Positions 9,327-21,700 of a stretch of DNA of 64,000 nt are shown one piece after another (the first letter of the stretch is position 1; every line of letters begins with the position of its first letter). The DNA comes from a virus: the IMG/VR virus record IMGVR_UViG_3300028829_005568. One strand, written 5' to 3'. A program made the position numbers and the translations under genes. The notes beneath the pieces were generated by a model, which saw only the letters and a list, made by a program, of their open reading frames with translations, did not search any database and was not told where the DNA came from.

Positions 9327-9700
9327 ACGGGAGCCCTGCGCCTAGCCCAAAGACAGTTAATGGATATAAACCTTTATCAGAAATAAAAGGACTTACAATA
9401 GATTCTCAAGTATCTAATAGTTCTATAAATGAAAATATTTATGATGATTTTGAAAATTTATCTAATAATTTTCCTGGATTAATTGTAACTTCGGCAACTA
9501 GAAGTCAGAAGAAACAGGATGAATTAGTAGCAGCAGGTAAAGGTGTGAAGAACTCTAAGCATATAGAAGGTAAAGCATTAGATTTTAAACTTAATGATTC
9601 TTCTAAAAAATTACTTAATTTATCTAAATCAGAATTAACAGCCTACGGTATAGAAGATGTTTTAATGCATCATAATCACGTACATATAGAATATATATAA
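9311..9700 (+). CDS. Start-less Zn peptidase M15 (LAS-type) domain; predicted frameshift extension of 6597..9326
   Basis: Hand translation: ...GKVNGSPAPSPKT...PGLIVTSATRSQKKQDELVAAGKGVKNSKHIEGKALDF...HNHVHIEYI*. Has SxxR, H-x6-D (9560-9583) and HxH (9677-9685). No ATG/GTG/TTG upstream of the domain in this frame. Confidence 0.8.
   Translation, partial: LYGKVNGSPAPSPKTVNGYKPLSEIKGLTIDSQVSNSSINENIYDDFENLSNNFPGLIVTSATRSQKKQDELVAAGKGVKNSKHIEGKALDFKLNDSSKKLLNLSKSELTAYGIEDVLMHHNHVHIEYI
9317..9323 (+). other. Predicted -1 programmed ribosomal frameshift site G GGA AAG
   Basis: Same heptamer as the lambda gpG/gpGT frameshift, in the correct phase, directly before the TAA at 9324-9326; the -1 frame stays open for 125 further codons. 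Confidence 0.8.
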
Positions 9701-9703
9701 TTT

Positions 9704-12700
9704 ATGGGAACACAGCAAGAAGAAGAACTAACAGAGATAGAACAAGCTATTAAACATGAAAGACAGCTCAGAGGGGAGTCTGATATAGTAAATAGACCTG
9801 TAACTACAGATAGAGATAGTGTATCTAGGAGTGATATAAATACAGATATGTTAGAGGCTCTTAATTATGAGAGTAATATTAATAAAATAGCATCAACTAC
9901 ATATAGTGACTTTTCTGATGTAGGTAGTATTTCTAGTGAAGAACTAGAAGAGTATGAAAATTATCTACCACAAGGTATTGCTGATTTAGATAAAGCTAGT
10001 ATTGAAGAACTTGTATCTGATGCTCAAGGTGTTAGTGGTAAATTAGGGTCAGGTGTTACAAGATTAGGTGCTACAGCTCTTACTAAGTTTGGAGAAGGTG
10101 TGGCTTTTACAGGGGCACTGGCTCTTCAAGCTCTTAATCCAATTAATTGGGGAGAAGATTATACCGCTAAAGTAGTTGGTAAAGCTGCTGATAATGCTAT
10201 CTCAGAAGCTTTTAGTATGGCAGAAGATTGGGTAAAAGAAGAATTAGCCCCTATATATGAGTCCCAAGCTTATAAGAATGGTAACTGGATAGAGCAAGCA
10301 GGTACTGTAGATTTTTGGGCAAGTGATTTTGTAGATGGATTAGCTTTCTTACTTAGTTCTTATGGCGGTGCAGCACTAGCAGGTAAAATTGGTATGGCGG
10401 GTAAAGTTGCTGCAGGATTGGGTAAAACAACTGGAATAAAAAATATAGCTGCTTTAGAAAAAGTATTAGGGCATGCAGGTACTACAGCTTTTATTTCTTC
10501 GGGAGAAGCAATGTTTGAAGCTAAAGAAATTAAAGATGATCTTTTAAGAAGAGGAGTAAATCCTAGGGTAGCAGCGGCTAAAGCTAGGGATGCCTTTTTA
10601 TTAAACATGGCTGTACTTAGTGTTTCTAATTCTGTACAACTTGGTGCTATGAAAAAAGTTTTAAATCCTTCTGGTTCTGGTAAAATTAAAGGACTGGGAA
10701 TTAAAGGGGGAAAACTTGTTGATACATCTAAAGATCTTAAAGGTTTTAATAAATATTTAAAAGGAAAAACAGGGGCAGTAGGTAGAGCAATAGGCCTTAA
10801 TGTTGCCTCTGAAGGTTTCTATGAAGAGAATGCACAAACTGCTATTCAAAACTTAATGACAGATTATGGTACTGGTAAAGAAATAGGTAATGTATTTGAT
10901 GCACTTTCTGAATTACCTGGCGGCATGGTAGATAATTTAGGAACTAATGAAGGACAAAAAGCTATTTTTCTTGGGTCTATAATAGGAGCTTTAGGTGGTG
11001 GAGCTGGGCAATTACGTCAAAGTATAGGAGAAGAGCAGGCAAGAGATAATTTCTTAAAAGCTATTGATGACCTTGGTAGCTCCATGTCAACAGATAAAAG
11101 TTTATATAAAAGACGTGTAACAAAAGAAAAACCAAAAGGTAGTATAGTATATGAAGAAGGCTCTCCAGAAGCAGCTGAAGCTTATGGGGAAATTATCAGA
11201 CATGATGATAAAAAAGTTGTAGTTAAGACTAAAGAAGAGTTTGAGAGACAAAAAGATGAAGAATATGAAGTATCTGAATTAATATATGATAGTGAAGGAA
11301 ATCCACAATTAGACCATGCAGCATATGCTAAAATATATTCTGATAAAAAAGTAAATCAAGACTTAGATTATTTAATAGATGCTGCATATAAGAATAAAGA
11401 TTTTGCTACTTATAGAGTACTAAAAGGAGAAAAATTTCAAAGACTTGCGTATGAATATTATAATGCGGGATTAGGTAATGAATTTTTAAAACTTCTAGAA
11501 GAGTATAAAACTTATGATGCTGAGACATTAGCAGAAATGGGCTATACAAACATGGAAGAATCTGAAGAAGGTGCTTCTAAAAGTCATTCCCAAATTATGG
11601 ATGACTATATAAAAGATGCTAAAGAGTTAAAGAAAATATATGATACTATAGAAAAAACTGTAGTAAATACTGGATTTAGAAAAAAAGAACTAGATGGAAA
11701 ACTTACTGCCTCTAAAACAATTACAGCTCTTCGTAAAAAAGAATTAAAAAATCTTGCTGCTAGAGAGTATTTTGTAAATAAAGAACTAAATATAGCTAGA
11801 AGAAAAAGAACAGATCTTTTACTTAAAGGTGAGGCTTCTAATCTTGCTACTCAAGATAATGAATTTAAGACTAGAATATCTAAATTAGATGATGATATTT
11901 TAGATTTAGTAGCTAAAAAGAAAGCATCTAAAGATAAAACAGAAATAGCACAATTAAGAGAAAAAGAAAAAGAAGCACGGGCTCTTAGAAGAGATCTTAA
12001 AAAGAAATATAAAACATTCCTAAGAAGATTTGGAGAAGAAGTAGATATGCTTTATACCGCTCCAGGACGTAAACAAGGCTATGTAACAGAATCTGTTGAA
12101 GGAATGGAAGAGGAGAAAAGACTTTCTCCTGTAGCTAAAACAGAACTCAATGCAGAAGAAGTAAAAATAGCTGAGCTAGCTAATGTCAGAGACTTAATGC
12201 AAAGAGAAGTTAATAAATTACTAGATCCAACTAAAGGGTATAAATACTATATTGATAATGTACTTAAATTAAATAAACTTAAAACAGCAGGTAGAGTAAC
12301 TAAAATGTCTATAAGAGACCTGCTGATAGGTACTTATGATGATTATATTGCATATGAAGAGGGAAGAGTTAAAAGTGCTAGAGTAAAACAAAGTTTAGAC
12401 CAAAAAAATGAAGAGGATTTTGATGATGCTGTACGTCAACGTATTGCGGCTCAGGAACCTATTGTAAGTATTATACAAGATATATTAGAACTAAAACCAC
12501 CTTTATCTAGAGATACTATTAGTTTAGTAGAGAGACAATTGAGGATGGATATTAGGGATGCTAATACTGAAAGATTAGATTTAACTTCAGGATTAGAAGT
12601 CCGACTTAACTATCTACAAGAAGAGCTGCAATATGCTTTAGATGCAAGTGATTATGAAAACATTGATATACTTACTCCCCAAGTTAAAGAAACTGAAGAT

Positions 12701-15700
12701 CAACTTTCAGAATTAATAGATAATGAACAATATAGAGAACTATCTAGAAGAGTTGAGGGACTTAAAGAGTATCAAGGCAAAGTAAGGGATCTTAAATTAT
12801 ATGAAAAAAATACAGCAAACTTAACAGACCAAGAAATTAAAGTTAAAATAGCTAAAGATTTATATAGTAGTTTAGTAAAAGAAATAAAACAAAATTTTGA
12901 ACTTAATGAAGAGTATGACAATGAAGAAGAAATAAATATAGCTATAGCTGTATTAAGAAAATTAGGAAATATTTTTAAAGAAAGAGAGGGCTTTGAGTCT
13001 TTCTCTAAAGAAATTGAAGAAGAGATAGATTCTCTTGTAGCTATTAGAAAAGAAATAAAGAAAAGAAAAGAAGATAAAGAAAGAAAACAAACAGAAATTT
13101 GGGAAAATTATACTAAAAAAGCATGGGGCTCTTTTGGAATTTATTTTGAAATAGATGAAGATGGTAAAGTAGATATATCTTATTCTGCAGAAGAGGAAAA
13201 AGTAATTAAAATACTTAAAGACAATATAGAAGATTTTGAAGAAATAATAGATTCTGCGTCAAAAGATAATATGGCCCCTATTTATGCAGATATATTATTA
13301 CAAAAAGCTAGAAATTTAGTAAATGAAGATGCTAAAGTAAACAAAGAATTAAAAGAAGAATTAGATTCTTTATATAAAATAAAGTTTAAAAAATTAATTG
13401 ATATAGACTTAAAGAAAGGATTCTTTTATAATGGTAAAAAAGGAAGACTAGCTAAAACAATGCTTACTAAAGATCAAGCTAGAGAATATTTTGCATCTCC
13501 TGAAAGATTTACAGATGAGTTAATTATCCTACTACAAGATACAGGAAATGGTGAAGCTGAATATGACTTGACTAAAGGGAGTGCTATAGATACTTTCATA
13601 AAAGATAAAGACATAATAAACCTTAAAAAGAATCTATTAAAAGAAATTGAAGAAAAATCTGATGTATCTGAAGAATTTCCTGAGTCTACCAGACAAGCTA
13701 TTTATGATGATATTTTAGCACATGAAGCAATAGTAGATACATATGCATTAAGGAATGAAATATTTGATACTTCTTATGATATAGCTGATGAAATAGAAAC
13801 AGAAATAATATCATTAAATCAAGATAAAAAAACTCCTGCTCCTACAGCTCAACAAGTTATAGCTCTAAGGGCACTAATTAAATTTATATCTAAACCTATT
13901 GATACTCTTAATAACTTTGACGGTTGGGCTTATTTAAAAGGATTTGCTGGTACAGGTAAAACTAATGTTACTTTAAAATGGGCGATTAATATACTAGGAA
14001 TTAAAAATACAGAAAGTGAAATTTATGCTTTTGGCCATACTGATAGTTCTACTAAAACAGTTATTAATAGCATTAATTCTTTAAGTACAGCTTCTTTAGA
14101 AAGCCTGCTTAAAGAGGGAGTTCCTGAAGTTACTAAACTTATTGTTATAGATGAAGTAGGAGCTATTTCAAAAGAACAACTTATAGAAATAAGTAAAAAA
14201 ATATCAGATATTAACTCAAAGAGAGAGGTAGAAGATAGAGTTAAAGTAATTACTTTAGGGGACCCTAATCAAAGAACAGTTACAAGACAACTTAAAGCAC
14301 CTATTGATCAAATGCTTCTTCTCCCTGGTTCTTCTAACATGGTTAATATACAGCCATTAACTGTTCGCTATAGATCTAATGTTGGACCGGTAGTTTCTTT
14401 TCAAGATCTTTTTATAGGACAAAGGGATAATATGTTAGAGAGAGAGCCATTAGTTACAAAATCTAATACTCCTGATATAATGAATGAGAGTAATGAATTT
14501 CAACCTTTAGGTGTATTTGGTACTAATAGTTTTGAAAAAAATATTACTAGAGTCCTTAAAGCAAGAGAAGGAAGTAAAACAAGTAAAGCTGTTATTGTAA
14601 ATGATAAAGATGTAGAGTATTATAAACAATTACTTAAAGATGCTGGGATTACAGATGTAGAGGTATTAGATGTATATAATGTTCAAGGACGTACAATTGA
14701 TGAAGTGTATATTAACCTTAAAAAAGATAATTCTTATTTAACAGATGTTTCATATAATACTGATATATACACTGCTACTTCTAGAGCAGCTAAGTTTATT
14801 TATATAGGAGAAATACCTAGTAAAAATGAGTTAGATATAGAACTAAATACTGACAGTAAAGAAGCTTCTAAAAAAATAGCATCCCGTAGAAGGGAATATG
14901 AAGAACAATTAGATAGAGATCTAGGAGTAATAAATAAATACTACAAAGAAGTAATTCCAGATACAGGTACAGAAGAAGGAGAAACAGTAGAAGAAGAAGA
15001 AACAGAAAAAGGGGAAGAAGGGGAAATTGAAATTGATGAGAATGGAGAAACTGCAGAAGAAAAAGCAATAGAAGTAACTAATGATGACCCAGAAAATATT
15101 GATGAATATGATGTAAAAGATATTGAAGTAGAAATAAAAGATGAAATACCATTAACAGAAAATGAAGTAGACCATATAGTGGCTTTTCCTGAAAAAACTG
15201 CTACTGGTCCTATAACAGAAGAAGGAGAGGAAACTATTAAAGGACTAGAAATAGGAGATAAAGTAGAATATGTACTAACTAAATGGCTTGATAAAAAAAC
15301 AAAAGAATATGTACCTAGTATAGTAGTAGTTAAAAAAATTAGTGAAGGCACTTATAGAAGAATAGCCGTCATAGGTAACGAGGATATAATAAATAGATTA
15401 CCTGAAGACATTGCTAAAATTTTATCTAAAGCAAAAGATAATATAGGGATATCAGATAATTGGGTAGAATTTAGCTCTGTAAGTGGGGATATCCTAACAA
15501 CTGAAGATAAAATAGGCTATAATAAAAAAGAAGGTGAAGTAGCTCCTATTTATACTGGTACTATTAAAAGAACTCCCACTGGTTTAAAATATATTTATAA
15601 TGGTGGAAATCCTGAAATACTAACTAGAAGCGTACTACAAAAAATAGTTAAAAAATTTAAGGAAACTTTTTTTAGTAATGAAGAAAAGCCTGGAGAAGTA

Positions 15701-18700
15701 CGTTTAGGGCCCAATGGGGCAAGGATTAGAATATTTACTAAAAAAGATGTAAAAGAAATAGCTGATGAATTTGGAATAAAAATACAAAGAGGAGTACCTT
15801 ATTTATATTTTAAAAACCCCACTCTTAGTAAAGGACCAAAAAAAGTAAAGCCTCAATTTATTAGACTTAGTCCTAGAAAAATTAATACTAAAGTGCATCC
15901 TGATATTACAGGACCTATTTTATCTTTTATAAAAAATGGTAAAATATTAGAAAGTATTATAGGGTCCCCAATTCATAGAATAGGATTTCCGGCTTTTAAT
16001 GAATTAATTAATGAATTAGGTAAAGGAAATGTTGAAAAAGCTAAGGCAATAGCTAAGTCCAGTAAAATGAAACATTTACTAAATACTAATACTGGTAAAT
16101 ATGATATTTTAGAAGATGAAGAAGTATTAAAATTAGCTAAAATTTTATATGAGTTAGCTTATTATGATACTAATAATATTAAAGAAATTGAAGAAAATGA
16201 TTGGGTACAGCATTCAGACCCTACTACTCCTTTTCTCAATAAAAAAGGTAATCCTAAAAGACAATTAGTAGAAACAATTAATGGGGATAAAGTTAAATTA
16301 AAAGGAATTGACGAACTATTTGATATAAAAGATTTATCATTACAAAATACAGTTAAACCAGGACCTCTTCAAAGAATTATTAATAGAATAGCTAAATCTA
16401 ATTTAGTTGCCAATGATCATCTATTAAGACAAGAAAAAGTAATAGACTCTAAATTAATATTTACTGGGAAAGCATTACTTACATCTGCACAACCTAGAGC
16501 ATTTAATATTAAGAGTGTAAGTGGACAAGCTTATATTACTAGAATGGCTAAAAGACTTGGGGTTTCTAGAAAAGAAGCTGAGGAAAAAATAGGGGATGAA
16601 CTATTAGCTAGACTGGGAGAACACTGGACTTTAGATAAAATGGAAGAAGTATTTTCTTTTGATAAAGATGGAAACTCTAATACTAATGGTGGATTTGGCT
16701 TAAGAATTCCTATACCTAAATTAGCAGATGGACTTAATCTTACAGGAAAAGATTGGAATAATAGACAATATGGGTTAGTTCCTAAATGGAAGAAGGCCCA
16801 TTTATCTGACGAACAGTTGGAAAGATATTTTGAAAATACTTTTGAAGAAGTAACTCCTAATAATATTGTAGTTACAATAGATCCTTCAAATAAAAATACT
16901 AAGGACAGTCATGAAGAAATTAAAAATAATACACCACCTCCTCCTGAAGTAGACCCAGAAGATCCTTTTGAAGACTTTGAAGACCCAGATGAAGGCATTA
17001 GAACAGCTTCTAGAGAGGCTGTTAGAGAACCTGGGAGAATAATTTCTAAGGAAAAAGCAATTGCTTATCTTAAAAAAATACTTCCTAGTGCCACAGAAGA
17101 TCAACTTAAATTTATAGATAGCTATGAATTAATGATGAAAAATGGAGGTATAGAAGCATGGGGAGCATGGTCAAAGGGTATTATAGAATTAACAAAAGAG
17201 GGTACTACTAAAAAAATACTACGCCATGAGATATTTCATGAAGTGTGGAATAGGTACTTAACAATAGACGAACAATTAATTCTTACAGAAGCTATATTTA
17301 ACATATATGGGCCCATGTCTGAAGAACAGCTTGAAGAAAAGTTAGCTGAATTATACCAAGATAGAAATTCTTTTAAAGGAATAATTAAACAAATTTTTAA
17401 TAGGATAGCTCAATTTTTTAATTTTTATGCCAGGAATAGGAGAACAATAGATAGATATCTTGATGCCATAGATTCTGGTAAATACACTGTCCCAATTAGA
17501 GCAGTAGAAGATATACAATTTGATAGACTTAGTTCTAAAATACGTCAAGATTTTAAAACTATGGAAAATTATAAAATAGCTAAAAATTTCTTTTTTACAG
17601 AGATGTATAAACATACTAGTAAGTATGATATAAAAAATGGAAAACTTGTAGATAAAAAAGTAGACCCAAATAATCCGGCTACTTTTCCTAAAACTCATTT
17701 AGAAGCTTTCTTAGCAGTATTTGCTAAAGCTGAAGCTATGGTAATAGCGGGGGAACGTTTAAATGGGGAATTTACAGGAGCAACTAAAGAAATAAGAGAA
17801 AGAAAGAAAAATGCATATACAGCACTTTCTAAAATGGTTGCATATAGCCCAGGAGGAGGCTCTAAAGCTACAGTCTTTACTAGTATGATTAAAGATGCTT
17901 ATCCTAATTATTCTTTTAAACCAGGACAAACTATAAAAGATATTAAAAAACTTAGAGAAAAATCAGAAGATGAAACTAAGAAAACTGTAGAACAAAGTTA
18001 TGAGGATTTAGAAAATAATGATAGCATGTCTGGTATATTTGAAGACCATATACAAGAAGGTGACCAAGTTAATCAAGAGAAAAAGATTTCTCAATCTGCT
18101 AAAGACTTTGTATCACTATTAATTCCTATTACAAAACAAGGTAAAATTCTTCCTAGAGTTAATCCTAGGTATGCATATATCAGATTATTGCAAACTATGC
18201 CTGGTATAAATTGGAATAATCTTGATACAGCTAAAAATCAGCTTGAAAGTTCTTTTAGAAAAGGAAAAATAGAATCTGATATTACAACTAAGACTATATA
18301 TGACAATGTAATTAAACTTATAAGTAAAGCTAGAGCACAAAAAGTATTTAGTGATACAGGAGGAAGAATTAATATACCTACAGTAGGTAAATTTTTATCT
18401 ACAAATGTTTATGTAGAAGGAAATATTACAATAGAGAGCTCTAGTTATCCTACTAATTTTAAATTTTTTGAAGCAATATATAATAAATCTTCTATAAAGG
18501 ATTATAATGCTATTGTAGGGATGTATAATATAGCAGATGCTAAAAATACATTAAGAGAATTAATAGTAGGAACATCTTCTCAACGAAGAAAAAATGTAAA
18601 ATTAGGTACTGAAACTTCTACAAAAGATAAATTAACTCAACGTTATATTTCACTTAGAGAATATGGATTTGTAGATACTGCCACTGTTAAAATAGAGCAT

Positions 18701-21700
18701 ATAATAGGAACAGTATTTAGCTCTGAAGAAAACAGAATAAAATATATCCAAAAATTAAATAAAATTAAAAGCTATAAAAAATGGGAAACACAGAGAGATA
18801 ATATACAAAATATACTTAGTGAATTAGGTATATTAAATAAATCAAATATTGTACTTAGTGAGTCTGAAACAGGGCAAATTATTGATGCTTTTAGTGGTAT
18901 TATACGTAGATATTCTGACTATAAAAAAGCAGGACGAGCATTAAGTGACAGTGTAAATGATATAAGCATATTAGTAGATGTTATTATAGATAATACTGAT
19001 AATATTAGAACTTCTAATTATACTGCAGGCGATGGGACTAGAAGATATATGTATATGTTAAGTTCTCGTGCTATAGATACCTTAAGAACTTTTGCAAAAG
19101 GGAATTCATGGATGACTAAACCTTCATTTTTTGATAACCTTTATTTTGAAAATAATATGTATCTTAATAAGGACTTTCCTGCTAAAATACACAATTATAT
19201 AGACCATGATTCTATAAAAAATAAATTTACAGGAAGAGCCACCCCTTATAAAGGAGAAACTAAACAAGAATGGATACAAAGAAATTTAATTTATGGTTTT
19301 GGCTCTGTTCTCAGAAATAGTGGAAATGTAAGAAAATATGCACAACAATTTTGGACTCCTTCTGATAAGCCTAATATTATAGGAGCAGAAGTAACTGCTT
19401 TAAATGAAAAGCAACTTAAGAAAGCAATAAGATTAGCTATTTATCAAGAATCTGCAAGACCAGAAGAAAGTGACATTTCAAATTACTCAGAAAATAAAAC
19501 TAAATCTTATTTAACAGGACTAGATACAGCACTAGACCCTTCAGTATCAGATATTGCTTTTGATATGTTAAGTGCAAGAGATAAAGCTGAAATAGAAAGA
19601 AGAACACAAATAGTATTTAATAGTTTAAATAAGCAAACAGAAGAGCTTTTAGATTATATTATAAAAGAAAAAATAAAATTAAGTGCTAGTACTATAAATT
19701 ATATTTATAAAAATAAAACAGATTTATTTGGAGAGTACCCTGCTCCTATAATTAAAAAAGAAGGAGAAGAGGTAATTGAAGAACTAACTGAAGAAGAAAT
19801 ATTAGATAATATTAAAAAAGTAAACTCTAAAGAATTTATATTACCTGATAGTATACATAAAAAAGGTGCAGATTTAAATAAATACAGGGAGCATTTAAGA
19901 CCTTTTATTGACTTATTTGTAAAAAATAATTATGTTAATGGGTATTTTTTAAATCAATTAGTAGCTGGAGACCAGTCTTTTTATAAAAATTCTAATAATG
20001 TTATTAAACGTATGTCCATGGTTTTTGCCCAGGGTACTAAAGGTTTTGTAAATGAAGAGATAGGTATGAAAGAAACCTTTACAGTGGCTGTAGGTAAAGA
20101 TATTAATGAATACTTAGATAAAGAAGAATTTGCAGAGTTCAAACAAATATTAGGTAAAGCATTTGATATATCTGATGGAGCTGGATTTATTCTCCCTGAA
20201 AGAAAAAGTAATATTGAATTAGGTTTTGGAGAATCTAGCAATATAACTTTAATTCAAAAACCTGTTTATTGGGGTATAGATGATACAGGAGTACCAAGAG
20301 GTATGAAATACTCTACTGTAGAATTAACAGATGATTTAGTAGAAATGTTTCCTAGACTTTCTATACTTAGGGACCAAATGAGAGGAGTAAAATGGAATGA
20401 AAAGACTAAAAAATATGATAGAATAAGAAATAGAGAATTAATAGCTGATGAATTTGTTTTTGGAAGTGCATTTAAAGTAGGAGCTCCAAATAGTCTAGCT
20501 GTAATGGATGAAGAAATTGGAGCGCATACTATAGAAGATAGTAATATAGTTACTTTAAAAAATGAAAACTATAGAATACAGCAGCAAGCATATCATGATG
20601 TGACTGAACAATCAGTGTCACAGCCAACACAGTTAAATTATTTCCTTAACTCTAATGGTAAAAATAATGAGCAAGCTAATGAAATATATAATGACTTGAC
20701 CTCTTTAATGGAAGCTAATATGTTGCTTTCAGATAGAGAATTAAGATTTTCTGGAAAAGAAAGTAAAATTACTCCTGATGCTCTAAGAAAAGTATTATTA
20801 AGATCACTTGAAAGTAATCCTACTTCTGATAATAATAGAATACATGAATTCCTTAGTGCTAAAACTAGTACAGGAGAATGGATGGCCAGTCTAGATACTC
20901 CTTTTATGATTAAAAAAATCATAACAATGTTTTCAAGTACTGTTTCTAAAAATACTGTAGAAATAAAGTTTGATGGAGCTAAATTAAGCTTGCAAACTGC
21001 CTATGGGGTAAAGGGAAAGGAATTAAAAGGAGTACTAGAAGAAAGTGGATTAGAAGAGCCTAAATGGAGAAATGAACAGGGATATGCAGAAGTATATATG
21101 CCTGATATGTATAAAGGAAAATTTAATGTAGGAGATATAGTTCATGCAGGTGATAAAGTACATAATAAGTTTCTTAGTTTCCGTATTCCTTCTACAGAAA
21201 TGCACTCTGCTTTACCTATTATGATTAAGGGATTTTATCCTACAACAGAAAAAAATGAAAATGTCATTATTGCACCTAAAGAAATTGTTTTCTTTCATGG
21301 TAGTGATTATGATATTGATGCATTATATGTAATAAGACATAGTATATCTTCTAATGGTATTAAAGGACTGACTAAAAAAGGAAAAATAGCCGGATTTAAA
21401 GGAGAAAAATTAGATGAAGAGATAATATCTAAAATAGATAAAAGGTTAGCAGAAAAACTAACTATAATTAGAAGTAGTAAGAAATATACTCCCCAGGAAC
21501 AAGGACTTGCAGGAGATGAATACCAAAAATTATTAGTATTTAAAAGTGAAGTACTAAAGAATAAAATTCTAGAACAATTTTTAGAAATAGTTACAGCTAA
21601 ACGTAATGAAAAAGATATGTTTTCTCCTATATCTATGGATAGATTTAATGGAACATCTAAAGAAGAGTATACAGATACTATTTTTGATATGCTTAGAAAA

